From positions 62,001 to 126,000 of the forward strand of contig OY253679.1 in assembly GCA_958009085.1 (NCBI GenBank): 64,000 nt of DNA. The letters are read 5' to 3'. This document shows, piece by piece, positions 51,363 through 64,000 of this stretch. Within the stretch, counting starts at the first letter, position 1; every line of letters begins with the position of its first letter. This DNA is from Protoeuglena noctilucae (lineage: Eukaryota). The translations under genes were made by a program, and so were the position numbers. The notes under the pieces were generated by a model. That model did no database searches, was not told where the DNA came from, and saw only the letters and a program-made list of their open reading frames with translations.

Positions 51363-53495
51363 AATCACCTGGGAGGGGGGGAGTGTGGGGAGGGGGGTGG
51401 GAGGTGTGAAGAGTGGCAAGCGTGTGAGGTCAGAGGGGAAGCATAGAGTGAGGGGTGTCAGTGACTCTGTGGATAAGGACAAGAGCAGTAGAAACTGCCA
51501 TTGAATCGTCATGGCATGCGACACATTCCAACCACGCCCCGCACCTGCAGCCCCTTCCCCATCGTCCATGCCCTGCCACCCTACCCATGCCCCGCACCTG
51601 TAATCCTTCCCCCTCGTCCATGCCGTCCCACCGCGTCGTGAGGGCGTACCCCACGTACCCCCCTGCTGGCCCCGAAAGGATGGCACGGTGGCCGCTGAAG
51701 TCCCCCACCCCCGCCAGCCCCCCGTCTGACTGCATGAAACTCAGCTGCACGTGATCGAGGCCGTCGGCGAAACCCGACTGGAAGTCGCGGATGTACTGCG
51801 GTGGGGATGGTGACAGTGGGATGCGGTGGGTGGGATGTATTGCATGGGGTTTAACGCGGTGAGGACAGGCGTGGGGCACGACAGTAGTAAGAGAGGGGGC
51901 AGGTTTGGCCGGGACTGCGTGGCCGCGTCAGTGTGAGGCGGATGGTTCACATGGAACAACTCTACTGCACCCCCTTCTACACACATACATGCCCCCCTGT
52001 CACCTTCATGATGTGTGGGGTGAGGTATGCGTCCGCGGCTGCCGTAAATCCCCTGGGCACCATCTTGACCATGGGCATGACCTCGCTGGAAAGGGACACC
52101 TGCGTGAACCCCATCTCGCGTGCCACGGCGCCCACGGCGCGCTCGTGGTCCGGGAATAGGAACGCGTGTTTGAAGACGATCGCCAGGCTGCGGATGCCGC
52201 GGCGCAGCACGCCCGCGAGAGCCTCGCGCACCTGGGGAGGGCGGGGAAGGGGCAGGGCGGTGTCGCAACACGAGCGGTGGGGGCACGCGAGGGTCATGAG
52301 GTATGGGTGAGCGGGGCGCGACACTGTGTCTGCCCCGTACCACACAACCGAGATAGAGGTGAGCGGGACGCGACAATGCGTCTGGCACCCCACACAACGC
52401 AAACTGCAACTCACTTTGTCCAGGTCGGGCTTCCTGCGCACCACGACGGCCTCCCCCGTGACCCCCACCGCCCGGTCCCCCTCGCACAAGGGGTACCGCC
52501 ATGGCTCGGGCCCCGCGCGCCGCCCCGGGGTGTCCCCCAGCGGCAGCACCACCTGCTCGTCCACCTCCACCACCTCCTCGTACAGTAAGTCTGCAAGGGC
52601 GGAGCGCAGGGCTCACATCTCACCAGTCTCACCCCACCCAGCACCGCCACCGCCCGCTTCCTCTAAACCCCGTCGTTCCCTCACCGGGCGTCTTGATCTC
52701 GAGGTCAAAGATGCGTGGTCGGGACTGGTTGCCGATGGCGAGGAGGTCGCGGAACCCGGAGGTGACGACGAGGGCGCAACGCTCACCCTTGCGCTCCAAA
52801 AGCGCGTTGGTGGCCACGGTGGTGCCCATGCGGATGGAGCGGATGCGGGAGGGGTCCAGGGGGCGGTCGCGGAGATGCGGGATGCCTGGGGAGAGGGCAG
52901 GAAGGGGTTCAGGACGAGCAGGCGGGCGGCTATGGCCTGGCACGCGCCTTGCCCTGCGCTGCACCTGTGCACTGCTCGAGGACGCGCCGAATTCCCTCCC
53001 GCGGGGCGTCCGAGTAGTTGGAAGGATCCTCGGAAAGCAGCTTGATGACGACCGTGTCGTGGCCCCCGTCCGGGCGCGAGACCTGAGGACACGTGGCCAC
53101 GCCAGTGGATGTCTCAGCCGCGCGGGCCGCGAGGTCGATCTGGAACGCCGTCGCCATCGACATGATTGAAGGTGCATGCAGAGATGCAGGTCGAGGGCTA
53201 TGCGCGCGAGAATATCGCCTCGGAGGGCGTCCGGGAGTCGCTGGCAAGCGCGCCCTCGTGCGGGAGCCCCGCGCCGCGCGCCGAGGGCGAAACGGGGCGG
53301 GACGAGGCCAGCTCCTGTACAAACGCTGTCGTTTCGAGCCGAGAGGATCGCGAGAGGATCGCGGGCGCCAGCGAGCGTGCGCCATCGCTCGGCAACGCTG
53401 CGGATGCATCCCACGCCCCGCGGCCAGCCGACCTGCGCAAACACATCCGTGAAGGTCCCGCCGCGGTCGATGCTGAAGCTGAAGTCCTTCGACAT
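46615..53495 (-). CDS. OXP1: ATP-dependent 5-oxoprolinase, about 13 exons
   Basis: [141 protein letters not shown]. Confidence 0.97.
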
Positions 53496-54113
53496 GGCGA
53501 ATGGCGCTCTATACGCGCAGGGATGCGAGGTTGGGGTGCCGCACGTGCATCGACTGGATGACGCCTATGGCGCGAGCGATGGGTGCGAAGCGACTAGCGC
53601 TCTACTTTGTCTGGAATGACAGCGCGAGGGCGCGGCGTCTGACGAGCTCGGATCGTCAGAAACATGTGTTTAACGGCCGATTTCAGTGCCTCATGCACGC
53701 CTTGCACTGCCTCACCGTCTCTTCGCGACGCCCCTTTTCATTGGGTAGCGTGAGGGTCCCGGTGTGCGGTTTTCTGCGCTCCCGCAACCCTCCGACCCCC
53801 CCATTCCGCCCCCCCGCGACGCCGGTTGACGCGCCCGGGCGACGCTGTTGTTGTCTCTAATGTCGTGAAGTCGCCTGCACGTCAAGCGCAACCAATCGTG
53901 CGCTCGTTGGATGGCGCTCGGCTGGTCCGCCGGGTCCTTCTCTCCCACACACACTCGTGCCGTATCGGTGAGCGCACATGGCAAAAACGCTCTCTTCGAA
54001 CAGCCGCAGAGCCTCGCGCGCGCGCAGTGTGCCGCAATTGCGTGCGCACAGGACAGTTCACCCCGCTCAAGCACCTCCCTCGACACTTTCAGGTGTCAGG
54101 GCCGGCTGCAGCG

Positions 54114-57100
54114 ATGCAGGTGGACGTACTTCTTCCTGCGCCTGGAGGAGGGATGCTCCTGGCCCTCGGCTCGCAGTGCCCCCCGGATGTGAGCTCGGGG
54201 CCCTCCTGGACCCTGAGCCGCTTCACCTGGGACCGCAAGTGAGTGAATTCTGGATAATATTGCATTGTGAAGCTAGGGAGCAACAGCGGCAGCCCCCAAC
54301 TGTGGCTCCATTCGCCCCGTTTCACTCCCACAGGCTCGGCGGCAGCAGCGAGTCGTCCGTTTTCCAGGGGCTCGATCTCCACTCGCGCCGGGACGTGGCG
54401 CTGAAGCTCTTCGATCTCACGGGCGCCCGCGCTGTCGTCCGGCAGAGCGCGATGGCAGAGGCCGCCGTCCACGCTGCCGCCGGTGAGCCGTGACCGAGAT
54501 TGGGGCGGACCCGCGCGCGCGTTGCGCTTCCGCTGCGCCGCGGACGTGCCAATATCCATCTCATCATCCTCGCACGCCAACAAAGCCATGTATCACGATC
54601 CCCGCCTCGCCCGGGCATCCCAACACGTCACGCGTCCCCCCTCTCCAGACCACCCGCACATCCTCCCCCTGTGGGCGGCGTTCCAGGACGGCGAGTACAT
54701 CTGCCTGGTTATGCCCCGCGCATCCACGGACCTCATGCACGCGCTCCCCAACGTGGCGCGGTCGGAGGCCGTGGTGGCCAAGGTGGGCAAGCACCGTGCG
54801 GGGGCGGGGCGTGACTGGCCAACTCTGAGCATGCCGCCCCGACACGACCCACGCATCTGCTGCCCGCAGCACGTCCTTGGGCCACTCCTCAGCGCCCTGG
54901 CCTACTTGCACGGCCGCGGCGTGCTGCACCGGGACGTCAAGCTGGAGAACTGCATGGTGGAGCAGGGGACCAACCGGGTGCTGCTGGCGGACTTCGGCCT
55001 GGCGCTCCACATTTCGGGGCGGCGGCGGGCGCTGTCGGAGGCGGGGACGCTGGGGTGCCGGGCAAGCACTGAGTAGTGCCCGACTATCGTGTCGACCGCC
55101 CCCGCTTATGACGTGCGACAAACCTACCTCCTTGTGAGGGTGGACGGTGTGTCGCTGAAAATTCAACTTCGTTCTTCCTCCCTTACAGGCTCCGGAGGTG
55201 ATGCTGGTGCCCATCTCTGGGGACAAGGAGGGCTACGCGGAGGATGCCCGGGACAGCCGGGGGAGCAGCAACGGCATAGCGGGCCAAGAGGGCGCGGGTG
55301 CGGACGCCGACACGGGCGCGGATGCCCTGCTGGCCTCCCTGTTCCACTCGTCGTCTCAGCGAGATGCGGGGGACGTGGCCGCCGCCACCGTCGTCCCCGC
55401 GTGGGCGAGGCAGGCGCGCCGGCGCCACAAGATGCCCCGGGCGCGCCGCACCGAGTACGGGCCCGGGGTGGACGTGTGGTCGCTGGGAGTGCTCGCGTGG
55501 GACATCCTTGTGGGCACAGGTGAGGGGGCACGGCGGTGGCTCAGCGGCAGCATTGTCGACAACGGCATGGTCCACCAATACGCGCCCGTCGTGCAGGCCT
55601 CGTCCAGAGGTGTTGTCCATATCAGCCACCCTCGTCCAGGCCTCTTCAGTAATGTTATCGACACCACCTGTTCACGCCCCCTCCCGTCGCGTGACGTGAT
55701 CAACAACGTGGCTGTCCCGCGCCACGCAGAGCTCTTCCCCGGCCAGTCGGTGGAGGAGGTGCTGGGGTCGATGGAGCGCGGCGTGGAGCGGCTGCTGCCC
55801 AGCTCCGGGCTAAGCCTGGAGGCGGGGGACTTCATGCTGCAGTGCCTGGAGTGGGACGCGGCCAAGAGACCCACAGGTGTGCGGGGAGGGACGCTTATAA
55901 AGAAACGCTCACACGCCGCCTCACAGGCCCTACTGGCGCGTGTCTAACAAAGGCGATCCGCGCGACGGGGGCATGTAAGCGGGATCTGGGACAGGCGCCA
56001 AACCCATGCTCTCTCTCGCGTCCCCGCAGCCCTGGAGCTCTTCGGCCACCCCCTGATCCGCGGCAACATGTCGGCGCAGCGCTGGCAGCGCCTCCACCCC
56101 TCCAACTTCCTGCGGGGTTCCCTGGAGAGCGGCCCGCCGCGGCGCGGGCCAGGCACGAGCAACAGCTCAGAGGCACGCAGGTGAGGTGTTAACGCTAGCA
56201 GCGGGTTACAGGCACGCAGGTGAGGTGGCGGGGCTAGCAACAGCTGGGAGGCACGCAGGTGAGGCGTCGGTTGGCCGGGGCGGCATATGCGAAAGTAACG
56301 CATGCGCAGCTGCGGGCTGCGGTATGCCCAGCACGCACCCACGCCACGCCAGCCACCACGCCGCCGCACCACATCATCACCCCGCTCCTACCCCGCGCAG
56401 TCTGCTGGGCGCCCCCCTCCCTCGCTTCGGTGCCGGCCGCGTGCACCCCGCCGGAGCGCACGTGCCCACGGAACGGGCCATGTCCAGCCACGCCAGCGTG
56501 ACACAGGCGAGGGGTTAGGGTAGGGGCTGACAATAATGACGCGTGATGCTGTGACTGTGTGGTGGTGTGCATGCGGCTCAAGTAGATACTTTACATGAGT
56601 GTCACACTGTTGGTGGTCCAAACGATGTGGTGGCGTGGTGGTGCGGCTCGCCTCGACGCCGCTGGTGGTCCCGAACCTCGGCTGCGTGCGACACGTCAAC
56701 GTCAGATGAGCTTGTCCCCGTGACGTCACCCATCACCCATCGCCCATCGCCGACTGTATCTCTGCCGCAGGTCTCTGCCCTGCCGGCCTCATTGGTGCGC
56801 CGGGGATCTCTCTCCAAGCGCGGGGGCGGGTACATGCCACCCCTTGGGGGGAAGTCCATGCGACGCGTCATCAGGTGTGGGACACTTGTTAATGGGCGGT
56901 GATAGAATTGGTAATGGGTGACGGCAGAACTGTTGATGGGCGATGATAGACATGCTGATGGGTGTCGGCAGAACCGCTGATGAATGAAGTGGTTGGGTGA
57001 CGTCAGGCCTGCCGAATGGGTCACGCCACTTGCCGCCCAGCCCACCAGACCGCGCCCGTACCCCCTCGACACACGTGCTCACGCTTTTGCCACTCATCCT

Positions 57101-57899
57101 TTATCCCCCGCAGCGACTGCGTGCTCGTCCGATCCGACACCGCCAACTCCCGCGCCAGCGCCGCGGCTGCCGAGGGTCTCCCCGGTCTCTCGTCCCTGGC
57201 CCCTTCCACCGCCGGGGAGTCGGCCCTGTCGCCGAACGATGGCATTTCCATCGATCCCCACGGGCCCAGGGTCTCCCCCGCGCCCAGGGGATGGGCCCTG
57301 CCCCCACGCCCTAACCACGGTGAGAGGCGCATCACGCATCACGTCTGCTGCTGACCGACACTGGCCTGTCTTGCACGTGTTAGCATCCGACATCATCACT
57401 CGCTGTATCGTCAGCTGTGGGGTAGCAAAGGTGGTGCCTGGCCGCACACTTCAATCCCCACTCGCGTGTCCTCACCTAGTCCGCCCCCCCATGCCACACC
57501 ACAACCCCGCATGCACCCCTGAGCTCGCCCGCCCTACCCCGCTCCGCAGGCACCCACGTGTCGTCCATCCTCGGCGCCGTCCCCGAGGAGAGCAAGGGGA
57601 AGGGGAAGGTGGCGCCCGCCCACGCCACGCCCCCCACCTCCGAGTCCCGATGGGCCCCCCACGCGGCCCCGGCCACCAAGAGCATCCTGGCCGCCGACAC
57701 CACGCGCGTCCCATCGGCCGCCGAGGTCGCCGACAGCGCCAGCGCCGAGGCCCTAGCTCCCGACACACGGCACAGCATGGTGCGTGCCTTTTCCGTCGGC
57801 GACGTTCCGAGCCTCGGGCGGACGGGGTCGGGCACACGGACCGGGCTGCGTGGGCTGCGCAGCTGGAAGAAGCTGCTCTGCCTGGACTCCCCGGACTGA
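54114..57899 (+). CDS. Ser/Thr protein kinase (Aurora-like), multi-exon, long disordered C-tail
   Basis: VALK, HPHILPLWAAFQD, LHRDVKLEN, ADFGLA, AGTLGCR|APEV, YGPGVDVWSLG, FMLQCLEWDAAKRPT. Confidence 0.85.
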
Positions 57900-58898
57900 G
57901 CAAAGCGAGAGATGTAAGTAACCAGGGCGCCTGCTCCCAGGCTCTCTGCGCCGCCGCTGGTCAGTGATCGGTTAGTTAGTCATGTGTCCTGCCACCGTTG
58001 CTCTCATTGCCTCGGTGCCCCCGTGGCGGCGTTTGCAGCTGCGCGATCGGGCTCCGCTGCGCCGTCGTGGCGGGCGCGGCGGGGGATGCCCCTCCACCCG
58101 CCTCGTTTTCTTGCGGGGGCGCGCCGTCAGTATCGAGGTCGTGGGGGTGCTTGGTGTAGCATTTGGGCACCCCTGCACCTCTCGACTGCCGCGACCTTTC
58201 CTTCGCGCAACTCTCCCCTCATTCCCCCTTTGTCAGCCTCGCGCCGCACCCCGACAGGCCTTGGGGATGCGCCGGCGCTCCAGGCGCCCGGCTTGCGCGC
58301 CGAATTCCTCTCTTCCGGCAGCGACGCGTCATTTCCTTGACATCTCAGCGCTCCGTTAGCTGCACGTGCGAGCCCGTGGGTTTGGGAGCTGCAAACCCAC
58401 GGCCCTTTGCCTGCAAACGGCCGTAGCCGGCATCTCCTTCCCTACCATGCGAATGCAGATGATCTTTCCGCCACCGGTCGGTAGAAGCGTCGCCCTTGCT
58501 CTCCGTGTGTCTTGCGTGCCGTGCCTTTGCGGGCGGGGGCCGCCAGCCCTCGCCGCCCGCGATGCCTTTTGGGCCCGGGACAACAAGGGTCCCTCTGCCC
58601 GTTCGGTGCATTCAGTGCCGTCTTATCAGTGCCTTCATGACTTCTCTGATGCTGTTTGACGTTCCGGTTGCCCGCCCCGCGTATGCTCGCGCATGGAGTC
58701 ACGCACTCCGCCCATGTGACCGCACCGCCACCATCCAAATGCGCTTGCTAGATGCGCGACCCGACTCGCTCGCGCAACCGACGCGAGCCACAGTACGGGT
58801 CGGCTTAGGTCCTCGGCCGCCACCGCAGCCTCGCAAGAGCCCGCTGCCTGCGTTAGGGTCCGCGACGGCGCTACCGGCTCCGCCAGAGCCGGCGCTCG

Positions 58899-59633
58899 TC
58901 AGCTGCCGCTGAGCTTGTGCCCCCGACCCTTGAACACGCGCCCTTGAGAGCTCGTCGCTCCCGCTGTGCCCTGCCCCTGCGTCCAGCTGACGAGCGGCCA
59001 CCTCAGAGGTGGGACTGACAATCGACACACGACGCTACGTACTACGTGCTATGTGCTGGGCACTGCCGCCTCACCTCTGCCTCGCCGGGACCTTGCGCAC
59101 CTGCCGCCCCTGTTGGTCCCTCAAACACGCTCCGCAGCAGCGATGCCGGGTTGAAGCCAGCTCCCGCCGACGCCTCCACCATGCCTCGCTCGCGAGCCTT
59201 GCGGTCGGCCTCGAGTTTGCTCAGGAGCAGCAGCACGGCCGTGGCCAGCAGGGCCTTGAGGGGCGAGAGCAGCGCAAACGCCGCAACCACGAGCACTGCG
59301 GGAAGGCCAGCGCTGGACATTGGGCGTGTAGGCCCAGGTCGTCGCTTAGCGCCCGTTGATGCTATTGCGCAGGTCCTCACCGATGAAAAGGGGCCGGACA
59401 GGCACGCCACACACGCGCAGCCAGGGCAGCAAGCCGAACAGTCTGTCCTCCCACCGGGTGTCGATGACTGACACCCAGAGCCAATGAAAATCAAGAGATT
59501 GAGCTTCAGGGGCCGCGACAGCAACCCTTCCAGCTCCCGCTGGCCGTCCCGACGGCCCCGCCCCGGCGCGCGCAGCAAGCCGTGCCGCAGCGACGTCGTC
59601 GGCCACGACCTCCCCGTCCACGACCCTGACCAT
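58899..59633 (-). CDS. Small membrane protein, FAM241/DUF4605-like, ending in an SHP-box-like motif
   Basis: MVRVVDGEVVADD..LFGLLPWLRVCGVPVRPLFI|VLVVAAFALLSPLKALLATAVLLLLS; last exon VFKGRGHKLSGS*. Confidence 0.6.
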
Positions 59634-60152
59634 CTTCGGGACGTTCAATTGCAGCTCTCGCCAAGGCACGTTGTCCTGCTGGTCCTTGTTTTGATCTTTT
59701 AACGGGTACAGCCCCTGCCAGCGACCAGCGTCAACGAGTCGCCAGTCGACACGTCGTGACCGGTCGACAAAACTGCATTTCCTCGTTTTAGATCGCGTGT
59801 GTGTCGACAGGCTGGCAGGCGTCGCGTGCAGCTTTTTCGGTAACGGTCCCGCGGCTTTTTCGCGATCGGAGCGCCGACCCTTGCACCCTCCGACCCCCTT
59901 TGCATCCAAGCGACCATCTCGTGATCCCGGCGTAGCTCCGGCGACCCCTGTCGGCGGCCAGAGGCCAGATTCTGGGGTGCGTGAACGTGCGCTTGGCTTC
60001 GCGGAATCGCCAAACGATCGGACCCACGCAGCTGGCCGACCGGGCTTCGTGGCATGTCGAGTGTTGTCCTGGCGCGCAGGGCCGCGAAGTCGCGCGGTGG
60101 ATGCACGCAGACGGCGAAACCTAACTCGAACTTCACACGCAGGGCCCGCGAC

Positions 60153-61644
60153 CATGCCTGCGCTCCGCCTCCAGGCAGCCTTGTCGCAGCGGTTTCCGTC
60201 GGTCAGATTGAGGACCTTTGGAATCGCGTCCGTGCAGCATTGCGGCAGGCGCTGCACACGGGCCCGCGACACCCGCGTGGCCACGGCGGACGTGTCGGTG
60301 ACCATCTCGGCTCCCGACGCGCTGGACGATGAATTGGACATGCTAGGAATCGCGGAAGAGGCGGAACTCTACCCGGCGGGCACCCGAGGCAAGCGGCACC
60401 CACGCATGGCAGCGTGCGCTCGCTGATTGCCCTGGTCAGTTGAGGGAGCACCCTCTCTGTGCCTGGCCCTCAGCCATGCGCGCCCTGGTTCTGGACGTGA
60501 GCTACCGCCCGGTGGATGTCATCCAATGGCAGCGTGCGATGGTGCTGGACCTCCTGGGCAAGATCGACGTTCTGGAGCACTACGAGACAGCCGTGCGGTC
60601 GGGTGAGTGCATGGCATCTCCAGCGCTGCCAGTCCTGGCTCTCGGCACACGGCACAGTCCACGGCATGGCATCTCCAGCGCTGGCAGCCCTGACTCGGGG
60701 GTCCGCTGGCACAGTCCACGGCTCCGCCTCTCCGCACCGCCTCTCGGCACCGCCTCTCATCTGCTAACCGCCTCTCCACTGCCGACTCCCCCCGCAGCGA
60801 CGCGGGAGTTCCTCGTGCCGGCCGTCGTCCGCATCCGAGCCTTCGTGGACCCGGACATTCAGACGGTGGCGCTCACGAGACGGAACATCCTCGCAAGGTG
60901 GGAGGCATCCACGCATGCGGGGCCGAAGCGGCCTTGCGATCCCTCCCATGTAACACCCGCCGACCTGGGCTCGCCGGTCGCTGTCCACACAGTCGCACCG
61001 TGCGTGACGAGACCCCGCGTTTCTCTGCAGGGACCGCTTCCGGTGCGTCTACTGCGGGAGCAGCCGCAACCTGACGATCGACCACGTGATGCCCGTCAGC
61101 CGCGGCGGGGCGTGGGTGTGGGGCAACCTCGTGGCGGCTTGCTCGGTGTGCAACCAGCGCAAGGGCGACAAGACGCTCGAGGAGATTGGGTGGAAGCTCC
61201 AGCAGGCAAGTGCTGCTTGCCTGTGCAGCCTCGCGCATGCAGTGCGGGCATCGCCATCTGCGCGTGGCTGTCCGCGCGTGGCTGTGGCCAGGTCCCATGC
61301 TACAAGGAGGGTCGTGTTACAAAGACCTCATTCGCCAGACATTGACGTCTCCGCTTGCTGCCCCCACGCAGACCAACGGCGTGCGCGTGGGCCTCCTGAG
61401 CCTGGCGGGGCGCATGCGCGTGAGCGAGTTCATCGACACGCCGCACCAGTGGAAAGACTACCTGGGCCAGGGGGTGCTGGAGGAGTTCGCGGGGATCGTC
61501 AATGGCCTCCTGAGCTCGCAGAGGGAGGCGGCCGCGGCACGCAAGGCCTCCAAGAAGCCGAGGGGCAAGCGGCCGGGAGCGGGCCAGGCCAAGCGCGTGG
61601 CGAGGAAGGCGCCGCGGGCGTTGGGGCGGCCTAGCATGTCCTAG
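60153..61644 (+). CDS. Plant/algal HNH endonuclease (McrA-like) with putative organellar transit peptide
   Basis: [87 protein letters not shown]. Confidence 0.88.
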
Positions 61645-61769
61645 TAGCGCAGGCGAGAGCACCGGCACCCTCTCTCCCTTTCCTACCTAACGTAGCGGCT
61701 AGGCGCCTCTCGCTGATCCTCCTGCTCTTAGCGGTCGTCTCGGGTACCCTCAAATCCGCACTCTCGTCC

Positions 61770-62847
61770 TCACGACTCCGCCAGGCGCGAGCACACGGTG
61801 CGGAGGCGGCTGTAGACCTTGCCGGGCGGGGAACCCATGATGAGGGCGCAGATGGCGTCGCGGGCCACGCGGATGTTCTGGAAAGAACCCAGGATGTGGA
61901 TCTTGGTGTCCGCCAGCACCACGCGCGTCTTGGTGGCGTTCTCAATCGTGAACTTGACGCGCCCGCCCTTGCCCGCCAGCCGCCCAATGGCCCGCGAGAG
62001 GTGTTCGCCCCGCAGCGTCTTGACGTCCTTGATCTCGAAGGACTGCGCGGGCGAGCGACGGTGGCTGCGTGGCGAGCAAGCGACAACGGGCACGGGTGCA
62101 TGGCGAGCGAGCGTGAGGGAGGCATCGGTCTTGGAAATCCCGGTAGGGCCCGCGCGCCTCGACGTAGAGGTCGTCCAGCCGCAGCAGCGCGACGGCGTCT
62201 TGGACCTCGAAACCCAGAAGGAAGGCTTGCACAAAGTCGGCGGCCTTCTGCAAGGCGCCCACGTCCTCCGTGTCCGCCTTCGTCTTGATCTCCACCTTGC
62301 GCGTCTTCAGATTCATCCGCATGTCCAGCTTCATGTGCTCCGTCACCGGCTTGAACAGCTGCAGCCAGTTGTTTTTCAGAGGCGTAAACCTGCGTGAGGG
62401 GTCACCGGGACGGATTCCAGCGTAAGCGAGACAAAGAGACCACCACGAAGCTCTGAGCGATCCTCAGCGATCCACCGCACCTGTGCTGCGGGACCGGGAC
62501 TCTTCGGAACTCGGTCTTGCGCCCCCCGCCCTCGCGCGCCCCGCCCTCGCGCGCCTCCGTGACTTTCGTCAGCGGCGGGAACTTCGGAGCTTCAACCGGG
62601 GCATCCTGCGGTCGACAAAGGACCTCGAGATGCTGGGAGCGGCCGAGACGGACACCGCGCACGCAGATACACGCCGCTGACCCTTCGCTCCGTCCGTACG
62701 CCGCCGCGCGCGACACCTTGAGCGGGTTGTACCGCGGGCGCGCAACGCCCATCGACGGACGCTATCTAACGCACGCCCGCTGCTCACCGCGGGCACCGCG
62801 ACGGCCTCGGCAAGCACGTCGCCCCTCTTCTTCACGACCTTGGGCAT
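61770..62847 (-). CDS. PNO1: Pre-rRNA processing KH-domain protein PNO1/DIM2
   Basis: [90 protein letters not shown]. Confidence 0.95.
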
Positions 62848-63936
62848 GCTCCAGGCGGCCGGGCGCCGGAGCGCCGCGCGGGAAACGCCCCCGGCACCTA
62901 GAAATATTCTACGGCGCTGCTCCGATGAGTCAGGCGCGTCAGGTACGGTACTGGCGGCGATCCTGGGGCGCCGGCCCTAGCACACAGAAAAGCCGCCGGA
63001 GCACGTCGCACGCAAGTCCGCGAGGAAGGAGAGCAGCACTGGCGCAGAGTGGGATGCAATATGCTGCAACGGGTGGCCAGCAACGGCTTAAAGGTGGCTC
63101 CGCCCGCTTGTCCCCGGCCCTGACTCGAGAACCCTGGCGGCGTCGGGCGGCCGTTGGCTGCGTGCGGGCGGCTGGGGTGCTCAATTCGCCGTCGTCGAGA
63201 AGAACAGGCGCCCCAAGCAGCGAGCTGCTCTTCGGATTCGTCTCGTCGTGCTCAGATCCCCCTGGCGTCGCAACGAAGGAACGCATGCGAGTTGCCGGGA
63301 TCGAGGGGGCTGGAATTGATGAAAACGAGTTGGGCGGCGTTGCAGAGCAGCGGCAAGTCGAGGTTCATCGCGCCAGCTCCTCATCCCGAGGTGAGCCGCG
63401 ACGCCTCGCCGACCCGCGGTTTCTCCGTCGCGAGAGAACCTCGAATTGCCGGCCGCGGGTCCTGAGGAGTTCTGCTTCGCCGGTTTGGGGAACGCCGCTT
63501 CGCGGATGGATTGCGGCGTGGCCCTTCTCCGCTGGAATTCACTGCGTACTTTGCCCGCCTTGCTCCCCGCGTGGACTTGGTGCCCTTCCAGCGGCACCCC
63601 GGCCCGCGCGACGGCGCGCCAAGCGTTTGCGACCGGCCGGGGGCGTTTCCGGGCCCGCCAGCGGTGTCGAAGGCCGTTTCTCGATGCTGTTTCGGACGCT
63701 CGATCGCTCAGGGACACCCTCCGGGTCCAGGGCCCCCGCCTCGCGTGGCCCGCCCGCTTTTTTGCTATCGACCCTAAGCCCGCTGTCCCGCGCAGGCTGC
63801 GGCGAGACGGATGGCCCACACCTCGTGTTGAGAGAGGGAGACGTCGTCTTTGTTCGGGAGATCGGGCTCGAGTCGTCCCGCTGCCTGGTGAAGTCGCATT
63901 GGGGTCGCGCGGGCCACGGGCGAAGGAGGGGCAGCC

Positions 63937-63989
63937 ATGTCCGGCCTGGTCAACATCGGGGCGGAGAACGCCGACGATGGGTTCTACAG
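63937..63989 (+). CDS. eIF5: Translation initiation factor eIF5, first exon
   Basis: MSGLVNIGAENADDGFYR followed by a GT donor matches the eIF5 N-terminus (NIG..N.DD.FYRYKMP). Confidence 0.8.
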
Positions 63990-64000
63990 GTGCGACGAGT

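Noticed and set aside
60153..61644. HNH nuclease as Cas9/IscB/Fanzor-like or a mobile endonuclease
   Set aside because: Short, spliced, no RuvC motifs or element ends; matches the conserved plant/algal organellar HNH family

Overview
GC-rich, intron-rich eukaryotic DNA, most likely from a green alga (inferred from gene content and plant-like orthologues). Recognisable spliced genes: peroxisomal ABCD transporter (runs off the left edge), HPPD, ATG16, an amidohydrolase, 5-oxoprolinase, an Aurora-like kinase, a FAM241-like membrane protein, a plant-type HNH nuclease, PNO1/DIM2 and the first exon of eIF5. Accessory content is concentrated at 6.8-29 kb: a lipid-anchor/MLKL-like/Pelle kinase/beta-helix fusion gene; an intron-containing gene with two tandem serine-recombinase-like domains plus three CCHC knuckles, preceded by a 510-bp segment bounded by perfect 23-bp inverted repeats; a divergent U6 snRNA without a terminator, next to a decayed LINE fragment; and two intronless F-box/ankyrin paralogues in inverted orientation around ATG16. 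GC-AG introns are unusually frequent, and several introns carry copies of their own splice junctions. A 200-N gap lies at 34111-34310. Gene models were assembled by eye and exon boundaries are approximate.
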